A DNA stretch of 64,000 bases from Candidatus Bathyarchaeia archaeon. GTDB taxonomy: Archaea > Thermoproteota > Bathyarchaeia > TCS64. The notes beneath the pieces were generated by a model that was not told where the DNA came from, did no database searches, and saw only the letters and a list, made by a program, of their open reading frames with translations. Each line of letters opens with the position of its first letter. Within the stretch, counting starts at the first letter, position 1. The position numbers and the translations under genes are program-made. Location: the NCBI GenBank assembly GCA_050014495.1, contig JBEKDF010000012.1, positions 1 to 64,000 of the forward strand, written 5' to 3'. Positions 9,740 through 18,594 of the stretch are shown piece by piece.

Positions 9740-10543
9740 TTGGGTGATCTATTGTCAATTCCAAAGTTGAGGGATGGTGAGCAGAGAGTTTACTTTAAGG
9801 CGGGGGGCGAGTGGTGTTACCTCTGGACCCCAAATAAGTTCAGGGTCAGTGGAAAGACTCCGGTGATTATGCATAATCATGGCGCAGGTGGCTATGTGAG
9901 AGAAGGCTCAGCGGATTGGCCAGACACTGAATCTAAGGCCACCTTCTTGAAGGCGATTATGCAGAACGGGATAGTTGTTGCGGGTAGTAATGCTTGCGGG
10001 GACCATTGGGGTAACCCCTGCGCAGTAGCAGCAAACGCAGCTCTTCTGAAGGAGCTAGATATCACGCATGGACTTGACATGTCGAGGCTTGGCCTCATGG
10101 GAGGGGGACTCGGCGGGACGCTTGTGTGGAATTCCGTCCTAGGGCCTCTTGCAGGGCGGGTTAAGCTCGCTGCCGTCATCCAGGCGGTCGCTAACCTTGA
10201 TGCAACGATAAAGGAGAAAAAGTTCCGGGATGTCACCCTCAAGGCTTACGGCTTCGCGCCGGATACTCCGGATGATGTCGCCTACAAAGTGATTCAGCCC
10301 AGCGATCCAATGCCAAAGCTGAAGGCTCTAAGGGGGGAAACGAACCTCCCTAAGGTTGCTATTTATCACGGGTCGAAAGACAATAACATCCCGGCGGAGA
10401 CGAACGCTATACCTCTAGCTGAAGCGCTGCGCGCTGCGGGTGCTGAAGTCGAGCTTAATATTTTCCCAAATATACAGCACAATGTCTACTCAATGGGGAA
10501 GGATATGGAGGATAGGTTGAGAAGATTCTTCTCCAATCTATGA
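9740..10543 (+). CDS. Alpha/beta-hydrolase fold protein with atypical nucleophile elbow
   Basis: HNHGAGG oxyanion region, RLGLMGGGLGG elbow, HGSKD Asp motif, FPNIQH His motif. Confidence 0.75.
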   Translation: MGDLLSIPKLRDGEQRVYFKAGGEWCYLWTPNKFRVSGKTPVIMHNHGAGGYVREGSADWPDTESKATFLKAIMQNGIVVAGSNACGDHWGNPCAVAANAALLKELDITHGLDMSRLGLMGGGLGGTLVWNSVLGPLAGRVKLAAVIQAVANLDATIKEKKFRDVTLKAYGFAPDTPDDVAYKVIQPSDPMPKLKALRGETNLPKVAIYHGSKDNNIPAETNAIPLAEALRAAGAEVELNIFPNIQHNVYSMGKDMEDRLRRFFSNL

Positions 10544-10629
10544 TCATAAAAGTGATTAAGGAATCAAAGAGACAGCCGCGATGCTTTAATTGCTGAAGCG
10601 CGTGCCGTAAGAGAAGGCATTGATGAAAA

Positions 10630-11175
10630 TTAACTCAACTTCAGCTTATCGTGGAATTTCTTCGTAAGCTTCTCCACCTTCGGTGTAATAACGTACTGAG
10701 AATAGGCGGCATCCCTGTTCCTCTCGTAATACTTTTGGTGGTATTCCTCGGCCGGGTAGAAGGCTCTGAAAGGCTCGACCTTAGTGACTATGGGATTGTT
10801 GAAAGTCTTCTTTTCAGTAAGTTCTCTTATGTATGTCTCTGCATCCATTCTCTGCTCCTCGGTGTTGTAGAAGATGACTGAGCGGTACTGTGTCCCAACA
10901 TCTGCACCCTGCCTATTGAGAGCAGTAGGATCATGAGTGGCGAAGAATATCTCGAGAATCTGGCGGAAAGTGATCACAGAGGGGTCGTAGGTGATCTGGG
11001 TGACTTCGACGTGACCCGTTTTGCCTGTTGAGACCTGTTCGTATGATGGGTTTGGTATCTTACCCCCGCTATATCCGGGGAAGGCACTCGTGACACCCTT
11101 GAGTCGAGCGAAAACAGCTTCTGTACACCAGAAACACCCTCCCCCGAGTGTGATGGTTTCAATTCCGCTGCTCAT
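10630..11175 (-). CDS. msrA: Peptide methionine (S)-S-oxide reductase
   Basis: GGGCFWC, GYSGG, NRQGADVGTQYRS, FYPAEEYHQKY. Confidence 0.96.
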   Translation of the reverse strand: MSSGIETITLGGGCFWCTEAVFARLKGVTSAFPGYSGGKIPNPSYEQVSTGKTGHVEVTQITYDPSVITFRQILEIFFATHDPTALNRQGADVGTQYRSVIFYNTEEQRMDAETYIRELTEKKTFNNPIVTKVEPFRAFYPAEEYHQKYYERNRDAAYSQYVITPKVEKLTKKFHDKLKLS

Positions 11176-11232
11176 GGGGTCCAGCGGGGAAGCCAGCTAA
11201 ATATAGGTTACAAACCCCGTAGCACGCGCAAG

Positions 11233-11313
11233 ATGGGATGGATAGCCCACGGCGTAGACACCAAGAGCAGCATCTTCGGACTCCACCAAGATATAACTGG
11301 GGTGAAGATGTAG
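11233..11313 (+). pseudogene. Possible 3' remnant of a VOC/glyoxalase-family gene
   Basis: Translates to MGWIAHGVDTKSSIFGLHQDITGVKM*, resembling the GMGW.A...DTEGN.FGL.Q C-terminus of VOC proteins; T-tract follows at ~11336-11349. Confidence 0.45.
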
Positions 11314-11349
11314 GTCCTCACCGAGATTTACTTAATTTATTTCTTTTTT

Positions 11350-12156
11350 CTATCCACGACGCTTCTTCGCCGATTCTGTGAGGTAGTAATCTGGTAGGAA
11401 GTTTGGCTCTTGGTCGACACCTCCGAAGGGGATAGGTGTAGGTAGGAGGTGCTTCGTCTTCTCGAATCCATCAATAACGTCGTTAAGCAGGTTGTATGGT
11501 ATTGTTATGGATATTTCCTGGTCCTGTACTATGCTAGACACGCGTTCTCCTCTACATGGGAAAGCAACTGCGGGTTTTCCAGTGACGTATGCTTGTGCCA
11601 TTCCCTCGACACAAATACCATACTTAGCGCATGTTGTTATAGTGAAGCGTGGCTCCTCCGCGTAGACGTAACCCTGCACGAGTTTTAGGACCTGAAGAGG
11701 GTTTCCGTAGACTATTACCTGGTCGGGTTTCGTCTCCATTTTGTCTAGGGGGGCGAAGGCGATAGCTTTAATTTCATTGAAGTTTAGTCGAGGCAGCGTC
11801 TGGAACATGGCTTCGCATAGCTCGGGTGTCTTCCGGACACCATCCTTCTTCGCGATCTCCCCGTGCTCCATAGTGTCGTCGAATGGATATGCCCCAGTTA
11901 CTAGAGCGCCTATGTTGCAGACCTGGTCCTCAGCTGTGGCGACTACCTTTCTTAGGTGATGACGCGCTTGGCCAACGAATTGACAGACATTGAGGGGCGC
12001 CTTGGGGCGGTAGTAGCCCAAATCAGCAAGCTCCCACTCCTTGTCGTCGTTCCATTCCTTGAAATATTTCACAGCCACTGGAGGAGTCTGCAGGCTCAGC
12101 ATCCTCATGAGCCACTCATGTTGTTGACCCTGATTCATTTGGCTGTGTTTTGGCAC
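11350..12156 (-). CDS. DUF169 family protein
   Basis: PPVAVKY, CQFVGQAR, PDQVIVYGNPLQV, PCRGER. Confidence 0.85.
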   Translation of the reverse strand: MPKHSQMNQGQQHEWLMRMLSLQTPPVAVKYFKEWNDDKEWELADLGYYRPKAPLNVCQFVGQARHHLRKVVATAEDQVCNIGALVTGAYPFDDTMEHGEIAKKDGVRKTPELCEAMFQTLPRLNFNEIKAIAFAPLDKMETKPDQVIVYGNPLQVLKLVQGYVYAEEPRFTITTCAKYGICVEGMAQAYVTGKPAVAFPCRGERVSSIVQDQEISITIPYNLLNDVIDGFEKTKHLLPTPIPFGGVDQEPNFLPDYYLTESAKKRRG

Positions 12157-12207
12157 CGCCCAATTTAACGATTTGTGGAGAAGGGATTAATGTGAAGTAA
12201 CTATTTG

Positions 12208-12630
12208 CTAGCTCTTGCTCAATGAAATCTTGCTACGTATTCTATCAGCGGTGTCTGTTAGGTCGATTTTACCTCCTGGACCAAGGTTCTGTATTATGCC
12301 TCCCCCGTCCCCTCGGCGTCGGGGAATTATGTGGATGTGGACGTGCTGGATCTCCTGGCCACTACCTGGACCATTATTCACGCCAATCGTGGTTGCGTCT
12401 GCACTTACCGCTTCACGGATCGGTAGGAGGATCTTGTACAGGGCGGAGAAGAGAGCCTTAGTTTGATCAGGGGAGAGATCCTCTATTCTGGCGGCGTGTG
12501 CTCTAGGTACGAGGAGTGTATGTCCCGTCGCGACAGGGTGTGCATCGAGAAAAGCTACTGAGCTTGCGTCCTCGTAGACTAAATGGCTTGGTAGTCGCCT
12601 CTCTATTATTGAGCATATGAGGCATGTCAT
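12208..12630 (-). CDS. HIT family nucleotide hydrolase
   Basis: CLIC N-terminus, GHTLLVP, HVHIHIIPR triad. Confidence 0.95.
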   Translation of the reverse strand: MTCLICSIIERRLPSHLVYEDASSVAFLDAHPVATGHTLLVPRAHAARIEDLSPDQTKALFSALYKILLPIREAVSADATTIGVNNGPGSGQEIQHVHIHIIPRRRGDGGGIIQNLGPGGKIDLTDTADRIRSKISLSKS

Positions 12631-12722
12631 GGTTTTCTCTTTGGAGAGGGAGTTTATTGGTCTTATCCCAATGGGAGCGCTAGATGATCTAGGAAAGATT
12701 CGATCATTAGCCCTGATCTAGG

Positions 12723-13991
12723 TTGGGCGCATCAATTTTTGTGATTTCTGAAGATATTCCCATCGCTTTCTTTAAATTCTGCCTTTGCTCTCCTGACGCA
12801 ACACCAGTATCGGTGGAAGATCCGAGTTTGCGTATACCGACGTTCGCTGATTTGAAGAGCGTATGGGAGGACACCTTAAAAGCCTCCATAGTGGCGCAGT
12901 TTCTCTGTTCGCTGGCATTCGGATTGATGGGCAGCTTCATGCCACTCTTCATCAACCACGACCTCGGCGAGTCCCTAGTTAATGCGACCTACTGGACGGG
13001 TGTCTCAAACCTCGCCTGGTACGGTGGTTTGGCCTTCACCGCGCCTGTCTGGGGATGGATATGTGATAAGGTCGGTACAAAGCGGGTACTCATCATCGTA
13101 CTAATCGGGAATATAGCGACATATGCGGGAATGGCGTTCTCGCAGAATGTCACGCAGCTCGTTGCCCTCAGGATCATCCAGAGTCTATTTGGCGGTTTGA
13201 GTACCATACTCTTCGTAGTTGTTGGGATCGTCGCTTCTTCACAGGATCTTAAGAAGTATCTGGGTTATCAGATCGCTGCTTCCACGATCAGCAGCATCAT
13301 CTCCCCGGGTTTAGGCGGTGCTATCGCAGTTGTTATCGGCTATCGTTGGACGATTTTTATGCAGGCCGTGGTCTTCGCGTCCATCTTCCCACTTATTCTT
13401 TTAATGAAGACTGCGAGGCCGGAAGGAAAGGGGAGAGATGTCTTCAGGCTTAGCGATATCCGAACACTGCTGCCAACAGCAGCGGCATTATTCTGTGCAT
13501 ACGCTGGCCTCAACTTTATCACGCCAGTAGTTCCATTCTTACTTTCGTCCCTTGGTGTGGCTTCGAAGGATCTCCTGACTTGGACGACGATTGCCACGAT
13601 CGCGAATGGACTCGCGTACGCGGTGGCTACACCATTCCTGACGAAGTTGTCTTCGGGTAGGAGGATCACTGCGTTCCAGTTGGTTACGGCGGTGATGATA
13701 GAGGCAGCGGCATTCGCTTTCAGTCCCATAGTCTTCATAATCATGAGGGTCGGCATCGGTGTGGTCCAGGCCGGGTTGCCCCAGAACCTCCTCGGAGGTA
13801 ATGTGGGGAGGACGGGTCAGGGCATGGGGCTTCTCAATACGGCACGTTACCTTGGGATGGCTCTGGGGATGTATGTGGCGCCCCTTATCTTAGAGTCGGG
13901 TGCGCCACCGATTAATATGTACTCGGTATTGGCGGCATCAGCCCTTTTCAGTGCGGTAGTGACCTATTTCTTCGTCAAGCCCGAGGACTGA
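12723..13991 (+). CDS. MFS transporter
   Basis: About 12 hydrophobic segments, motif A WGWICDKVGTKR; true start probably ~100 nt downstream of 12723. Confidence 0.88.
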   Translation: MGASIFVISEDIPIAFFKFCLCSPDATPVSVEDPSLRIPTFADLKSVWEDTLKASIVAQFLCSLAFGLMGSFMPLFINHDLGESLVNATYWTGVSNLAWYGGLAFTAPVWGWICDKVGTKRVLIIVLIGNIATYAGMAFSQNVTQLVALRIIQSLFGGLSTILFVVVGIVASSQDLKKYLGYQIAASTISSIISPGLGGAIAVVIGYRWTIFMQAVVFASIFPLILLMKTARPEGKGRDVFRLSDIRTLLPTAAALFCAYAGLNFITPVVPFLLSSLGVASKDLLTWTTIATIANGLAYAVATPFLTKLSSGRRITAFQLVTAVMIEAAAFAFSPIVFIIMRVGIGVVQAGLPQNLLGGNVGRTGQGMGLLNTARYLGMALGMYVAPLILESGAPPINMYSVLAASALFSAVVTYFFVKPED

Positions 13992-14004
13992 GGAGTTTAC
14001 AGGG

Positions 14005-15342
14005 TTAGAATCTAGGTCGATTTGAATTAGTACGTGGGGAGTAGCGACGGGGTCTTGCCGGAGATCGATGGTCGTTGCCCGGCTCGGGTCTTGGTCTTCG
14101 TTTGTTCTGGTAGTTTTTGTAGCACGTGGGACAGTAGGTGGGCTGGTTTGGAGGGGGGATAAAGGTTGGGGTGAAGGTTTTTCCGCATTTAGCGCATTTG
14201 GTTGCGGCGGGGGCCTCGGTATGTTTGTAGTCGATGATGAGGGGGGCTATACGAGTCTTAGTCATAGCCATTATTCTTTTTAAATCCTTGAGCTCGTCCG
14301 GTGCTGTGAGGCTTATGGATGTGCCCTCGGCGTCCATGCGGGCGGTTCTGCCTATTCTGTGGAAATAATTGACGGGGTCCTCGGGGATATTGTGGTTGAT
14401 TATGTGAGTGACGTCGCGGATGTCGAGGCCTCTTGCGGCGACGTCTGTTGCTACCAGAATTCGTAGTTTTCCTGCGCGGAACTGCTCTGTGACGGAATCG
14501 CGCTGTGGCTGTGTTAGGCCGCCGTGTAGGGGTCTGGCGTCGTAGCCACGGTCATGTAACATCTTGGCTAGGCGCTGTGCGCCGCGTTGTGTGCGGGCGA
14601 AGATGATGGCGCGTTCTACGTTCTGGGTGTCGAGTATGACTGTCAGGGCCTGGAATTTGTCGCGGGGCTCAACTTCGACGAAGCGTTGCTTTATCTGGAT
14701 GACGGCGATCTCGTCGCGGCTGACTATGATCTTGAGTGGATGGTGCATGAACTCCTTGCTGAGCTGGAGGACGTTGTTGTCTAATGTGGCGCTGAAGAGG
14801 CTAAGTTGTTTCTCCTTGGGGGTGTCGGCGAGTATTCGCCTTATGTCGGGTATGAAGCCCATGTCGAGCATTCGGTCAGCCTCATCTAGGACTGTGACGG
14901 TTACGTTTCGGAGGTTCAATGTACCCTGAGCGAGGTGGTCAAGGATGCGGCCGGGGGTGCCTACGACTATGTTTGTGCCATGTTTGAGGGCGCGTGTCTG
15001 GCGTTGTATGGGTTCGCCGCCGTAGATGGCTGTGGCCTTGATGCCGCTGTGTGCTGCGAGGGCGTTTAAGTGGTCAGCGATCTGGACTGCCAGCTCTCGG
15101 GTGGGGGCGAGCACTAGGCCCTGCACGGTCTTGAGTTTTGGGTCTATGCGCTCTATCATGGGTATGCCGAATGCGGCGGTCTTGCCCGTGCCTGTCTGTG
15201 CCTGTCCGAGGACATCTCTGCCGTCTAGGAGTGGTGCCATGGCCTCGGCCTGTATTGGTGTGGGTGTCTCCCAGCCCATGTCGGCTATGGCCTGCATGCT
15301 CTCTGGGGTGAGGTGTAGTTGGTCGAATGAGGTTATCTGCAT
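14005..15342 (-). CDS. DEAD-box RNA helicase with C-terminal CxxC-x17-CxxC zinc-ribbon domain
   Basis: PTPIQ, AQTGTGKT, PTRELA, DEAD, SAT, HRIGRTAR; ATG at 15342 preceded by AAAGGAG; tail CAKC...CPTC. Confidence 0.95.
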   Translation of the reverse strand: MQITSFDQLHLTPESMQAIADMGWETPTPIQAEAMAPLLDGRDVLGQAQTGTGKTAAFGIPMIERIDPKLKTVQGLVLAPTRELAVQIADHLNALAAHSGIKATAIYGGEPIQRQTRALKHGTNIVVGTPGRILDHLAQGTLNLRNVTVTVLDEADRMLDMGFIPDIRRILADTPKEKQLSLFSATLDNNVLQLSKEFMHHPLKIIVSRDEIAVIQIKQRFVEVEPRDKFQALTVILDTQNVERAIIFARTQRGAQRLAKMLHDRGYDARPLHGGLTQPQRDSVTEQFRAGKLRILVATDVAARGLDIRDVTHIINHNIPEDPVNYFHRIGRTARMDAEGTSISLTAPDELKDLKRIMAMTKTRIAPLIIDYKHTEAPAATKCAKCGKTFTPTFIPPPNQPTYCPTCYKNYQNKRRPRPEPGNDHRSPARPRRYSPRTNSNRPRF

Positions 15343-15800
15343 GTTTTGGTCTCCTTTGTCACTGGAATTCGGCTTGTCGTTGTCGTGGCCTTCTGGGATT
15401 CGTGCCAAAACATGCGGGATTCTCTGGTGACTGGTGGAGTGGGTGGGTTGCTGGTTAAAAGGGTTTAGTTTTTCGTGGATGTCTCGCGTATAACCGGTTC
15501 TGTGAGACGCCGTGTTTAGCTTTAGCCTCCTTGAATTAGGGCATACGTTTGAGGAGTGCTGGGTGATATCGTTTGTATGTATATTGAATACAATCAACAT
15601 TATACGCGACATCTAGCTTCTTAACTCTTGACAGTTTCAGAATGATCTCGATGATTAATGCATGAAGCATGCAATGTTACTGATTCTGATTTCATGTAGC
15701 GTGTGACTTCACCCACCTTCATCCTTTCGGAGATGTTCACGACTATTTTTTTAGACTCTGCTTTTGACCAGAGGGGGCGGCACCTTCCACTGTAATACAC

Positions 15801-16238
15801 TCAGCTCAGCAGAAGGCTCCCGTTGTTGCTTTGCCAAAGGTTCCCATTGCTTTGCCGAAGGCCTTTCCAAAGGCTCCCGTTGCTTTGCCGAAGGCCTTTC
15901 CAAAGGCTCCCGTTGCTTTGCCGAAGGCTCCCGAAGCGCCTTGCCGAAGCCTTCCGAAGGCTCCCGTTGTTGATTACCGTTAGAAGACGCCCGTTGATTA
16001 CCATTGACGCCCGTTGATGCCCGTTACGAAGTGTGGTTCGCTCCTGTAGTAAAGCCCTGTATAGACGTCCCTTCTGCACATCCTCTTGCACCGCTTCGGC
16101 TTCTCCTTCAACATCATTCCCTTCAATGCCTTCAACAACATCATCCATGGTGCCACTGGTTTTAACGGTGGGTAAGTCCACACCTTTGGTCTTCAGATAC
16201 TCAATGTAATCAAATCGCCTTCGAGTCTTCCCACCCAA
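15801..16238 (-). CDS. Hypothetical protein with low-complexity repeat C-terminus (may be degenerate)
   Basis: Protein-like acidic N-terminal half, then LRQSNGSLWKG repeats encoded by the tandem array. Confidence 0.35.
   Translation of the reverse strand: MGGKTRRRFDYIEYLKTKGVDLPTVKTSGTMDDVVEGIEGNDVEGEAEAVQEDVQKGRLYRALLQERTTLRNGHQRASMVINGRLLTVINNGSLRKASARRFGSLRQSNGSLWKGLRQSNGSLWKGLRQSNGNLWQSNNGSLLLS
15812..16026. repeat. Imperfect tandem repeat array (33-bp unit plus shorter CCCGTTG derivatives)
   Basis: AAAGG(C/T)TCCC(G/A)TTGCTTTGCCGAAGGCCTTTCC repeated about 2.6 times; about 8 CCC(G/A)TT cores overall. Confidence 0.9.
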
Positions 16239-16517
16239 TCAGGGAGCGTATCATCGGAATACTGGGCTCTGATCCAAGCTATGACCTCCGGTTTGATCTA
16301 AAGCCACGTTTGCGCGGTAATATGCATTGTTTCCTACCTAATCTAAATGGGTGATTCCTGAGAATGTACATTGTATAAAATCCACATTGTGCATATTTAC
16401 AAGCCTTTGCGCCCTGTACATTCACCCTGCGTTTAAAGTATAGAAAAATACGATGTTGATTTCACGCATTGAACATCGTCCGATAGCTATTAATCTGCTC
16501 AAGCGATATCCAGATCG

Positions 16518-16835
16518 ATGAATGGTAACCCACTCCGTTGGCTTGATGAGCCGAGCGCCGCGTTGAGGATGCTTCTCGAGATATCGGGGAAGGGACAGGG
16601 CATCAACGTCACCAGGTTATACGAGGTCATGGGTGCCCTCGGCGTTGGTAGGACCGCTGTTGACTCCTCGCGTCGATCCTTGATCGTGGCGGGGCTTACT
16701 GAGGAGGTTAAGATGAAAGGGGAGAAGGGGAAAACTCTTACAGTATTAATTTCTACGCCCCTAGGCTATGAGGTTGCTACGAAGATCAGGGAGATCCAGG
16801 AGATCATGGATAGGACAACAACAGACTCCTCCTAA
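16518..16835 (+). CDS. Small winged-helix DNA-binding protein (hypothetical)
   Basis: GVGRTAVDSSRRSLIVAGL helix followed by wing and TPLGYEVA, typical of wHTH/MarR-like folds. Confidence 0.6.
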   Translation: MNGNPLRWLDEPSAALRMLLEISGKGQGINVTRLYEVMGALGVGRTAVDSSRRSLIVAGLTEEVKMKGEKGKTLTVLISTPLGYEVATKIREIQEIMDRTTTDSS

Positions 16836-16915
16836 TGAGCTCGCGTGAAACCCAGATTGCCAAAAAAAGTGAGTAGGGTTCTGCACGCATTCACTCGTGG
16901 TAGTACGTTATGGGG

Positions 16916-18046
16916 CTAGGTGTACTTACCCCGCGCCGTGATTGGCCATACCGCTGCCACACGCCCACCTTTCACAACCAACATCTCATCATGTTGGTTG
17001 ACACATGTGCAGCAGTGGCTCGGCGTCAGCTCCACCTTATCCCCCCACCCAAGTTTGCGTCTTTCTGGGTCTCCCATCTTGAACACTAGCGTGCAGTGCT
17101 CCTCACTCATACCAGCTCTCTCAAACCGTAATGGTTCCCCGGATATGCTCGCCAGCACTGCGGGTTTAGCATCCGGGTTACCACCACTCAGAGCCTTCAA
17201 ACCCGCATCCGTTACCACACGATCCGGAAAGTTGTCGCTGATTACCGAAGCTAACACAGTCAGGCTATTCTTGAAATAAATCCCGTTGTTACTACTCCAG
17301 CCATAGCCACTCCCCTCCGGACCCGCCCCAAAGACGAAACTCCCGGGTTCAATCTCCGTAATACCAGGATACGACCCAGTCACCTCATATGTGTCTGTCG
17401 AACCAGCCGACACGATCTCAACAGGGATCCCAGCCGCCCGGATCATCTCAGCCGTGTCAACCGTCAGTTTATCCCTCTCAAGTGCCAGCTCCCTCTTCAC
17501 AGGGTTCTCATACCCATATATCCCCCTGAATACCAGCCCAGGAAGCCTAACGATGTGCTTCGCGAGGTTCACGGTGGGCTGACCCGCTGCTGTCCCGCAG
17601 CGCCCGTGGCTCATCTCAATCACCACATGCTGCTTCACACCCCAACGCAGTGCCGCCTCATTGATCATATCAACCTCCATCACATTGTCGACACTAGTGA
17701 GCACCTTACCCTCACCCATCGCCACGTTAAACCCCACAAGCCGCTCAACCTTCCCTGGATCCGTAAACTCCTGACTCACCAGAATATTCCTATCCCCATA
17801 CAATATCCCACTATTAAGAAGCACCTCAGCCTCACTCAGCTTCTGTGTCATCACACCGAGGGCTCCCGCGGAGATTAACCGGTTACAGATTGCGGCGGCC
17901 TTGAACGTCTTAGCGTGTGGACGAACGCCTACCCCCACTTTCCTCGCGAAGGTAAACATCTTTTCGACATTCCACTCGAACTTATCCAGATCCAACAACA
18001 ATGCCGGAGTCGGAATCTCAGAAACAGAACGCCCAACCAACGACAA
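16916..18046 (-). CDS. DSD1/D-threonine aldolase family PLP-dependent enzyme (alanine racemase fold)
   Basis: IPTPALLLD, RPHAKT, DAGLKALS, SEEHC, PSHCCTCVN. Confidence 0.9.
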   Translation of the reverse strand: MSLVGRSVSEIPTPALLLDLDKFEWNVEKMFTFARKVGVGVRPHAKTFKAAAICNRLISAGALGVMTQKLSEAEVLLNSGILYGDRNILVSQEFTDPGKVERLVGFNVAMGEGKVLTSVDNVMEVDMINEAALRWGVKQHVVIEMSHGRCGTAAGQPTVNLAKHIVRLPGLVFRGIYGYENPVKRELALERDKLTVDTAEMIRAAGIPVEIVSAGSTDTYEVTGSYPGITEIEPGSFVFGAGPEGSGYGWSSNNGIYFKNSLTVLASVISDNFPDRVVTDAGLKALSGGNPDAKPAVLASISGEPLRFERAGMSEEHCTLVFKMGDPERRKLGWGDKVELTPSHCCTCVNQHDEMLVVKGGRVAAVWPITARGKYT

Positions 18047-18233
18047 TAGAGATCAAGGACCAGAGACTCGGAACATTAGTAAAACTTTCCATACCCTAGG
18101 TCTTAATTAAAAAGACCTCTTCCTCGTCTCGTATGCTTACGCCTTTACAACTGTTAATTTGTGTTCACCTTAAGGTTAATAGACGAATAAACTCATCATC
18201 ACCCTATTCGACAAGACGTAATTCAGATTTGAG

Positions 18234-18398
18234 TCAAAGGACATTCCTGAGAATGTCAAGAAGCAGTACTATCAAGGTCACTCCCAACAAGACGTAACCA
18301 AAGATATCCCCGACCATTGGCTTGATGGAGAAGAACTCCAATGCCATCACTAGTAAAATGATGATAGCCTCAGAAAACAGACGACCCAAGTTAGCCAT
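18234..18398 (-). CDS. Small two-helix membrane protein (54 aa), below ORF-track cutoff
   Basis: MANLGRLFSEAIIILLVMALEFFSIKPMVGDIFGYVLLGVTLIVLLLDILRNVL*; TATA-like CTTAAAAG ~25 nt upstream. Confidence 0.6.
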   Translation of the reverse strand: MANLGRLFSEAIIILLVMALEFFSIKPMVGDIFGYVLLGVTLIVLLLDILRNVL

Positions 18399-18594
18399 GA
18401 ACAAAATGTATGTCCGAGTCGTCTTTTAAGCATTACAATAGTTGGATAAATTCATCATTGTTAATATGCTTAGGGTAATTTTCTTATCATCGGCTTAGAT
18501 TTGTATGTTCTTTCTTATGTGCGCGTGAGGATATTCAGAGCCTAATAATATGAATAGCCTAGCGAATATATAACCCGAGATATAAGAAATACCC

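Noticed and set aside
15343..15612. 90-aa N-terminal extension of the DEAD-box ORF
   Set aside because: A strong Shine-Dalgarno precedes ATG 15342 and the Q-motif follows directly; the upstream part is better read as leader or promoter
15812..16026. Possible CRISPR array
   Set aside because: Units abut without unique spacers, vary in length, and no cas genes are present
16354..18256. 14-bp direct repeat ATTCCTGAGAATGT at 16354 and 18243 as att sites or target duplication
   Set aside because: One copy lies inside a small ORF, no integrase or transposase is present, and a 14-mer match is expected by chance in 64 kb
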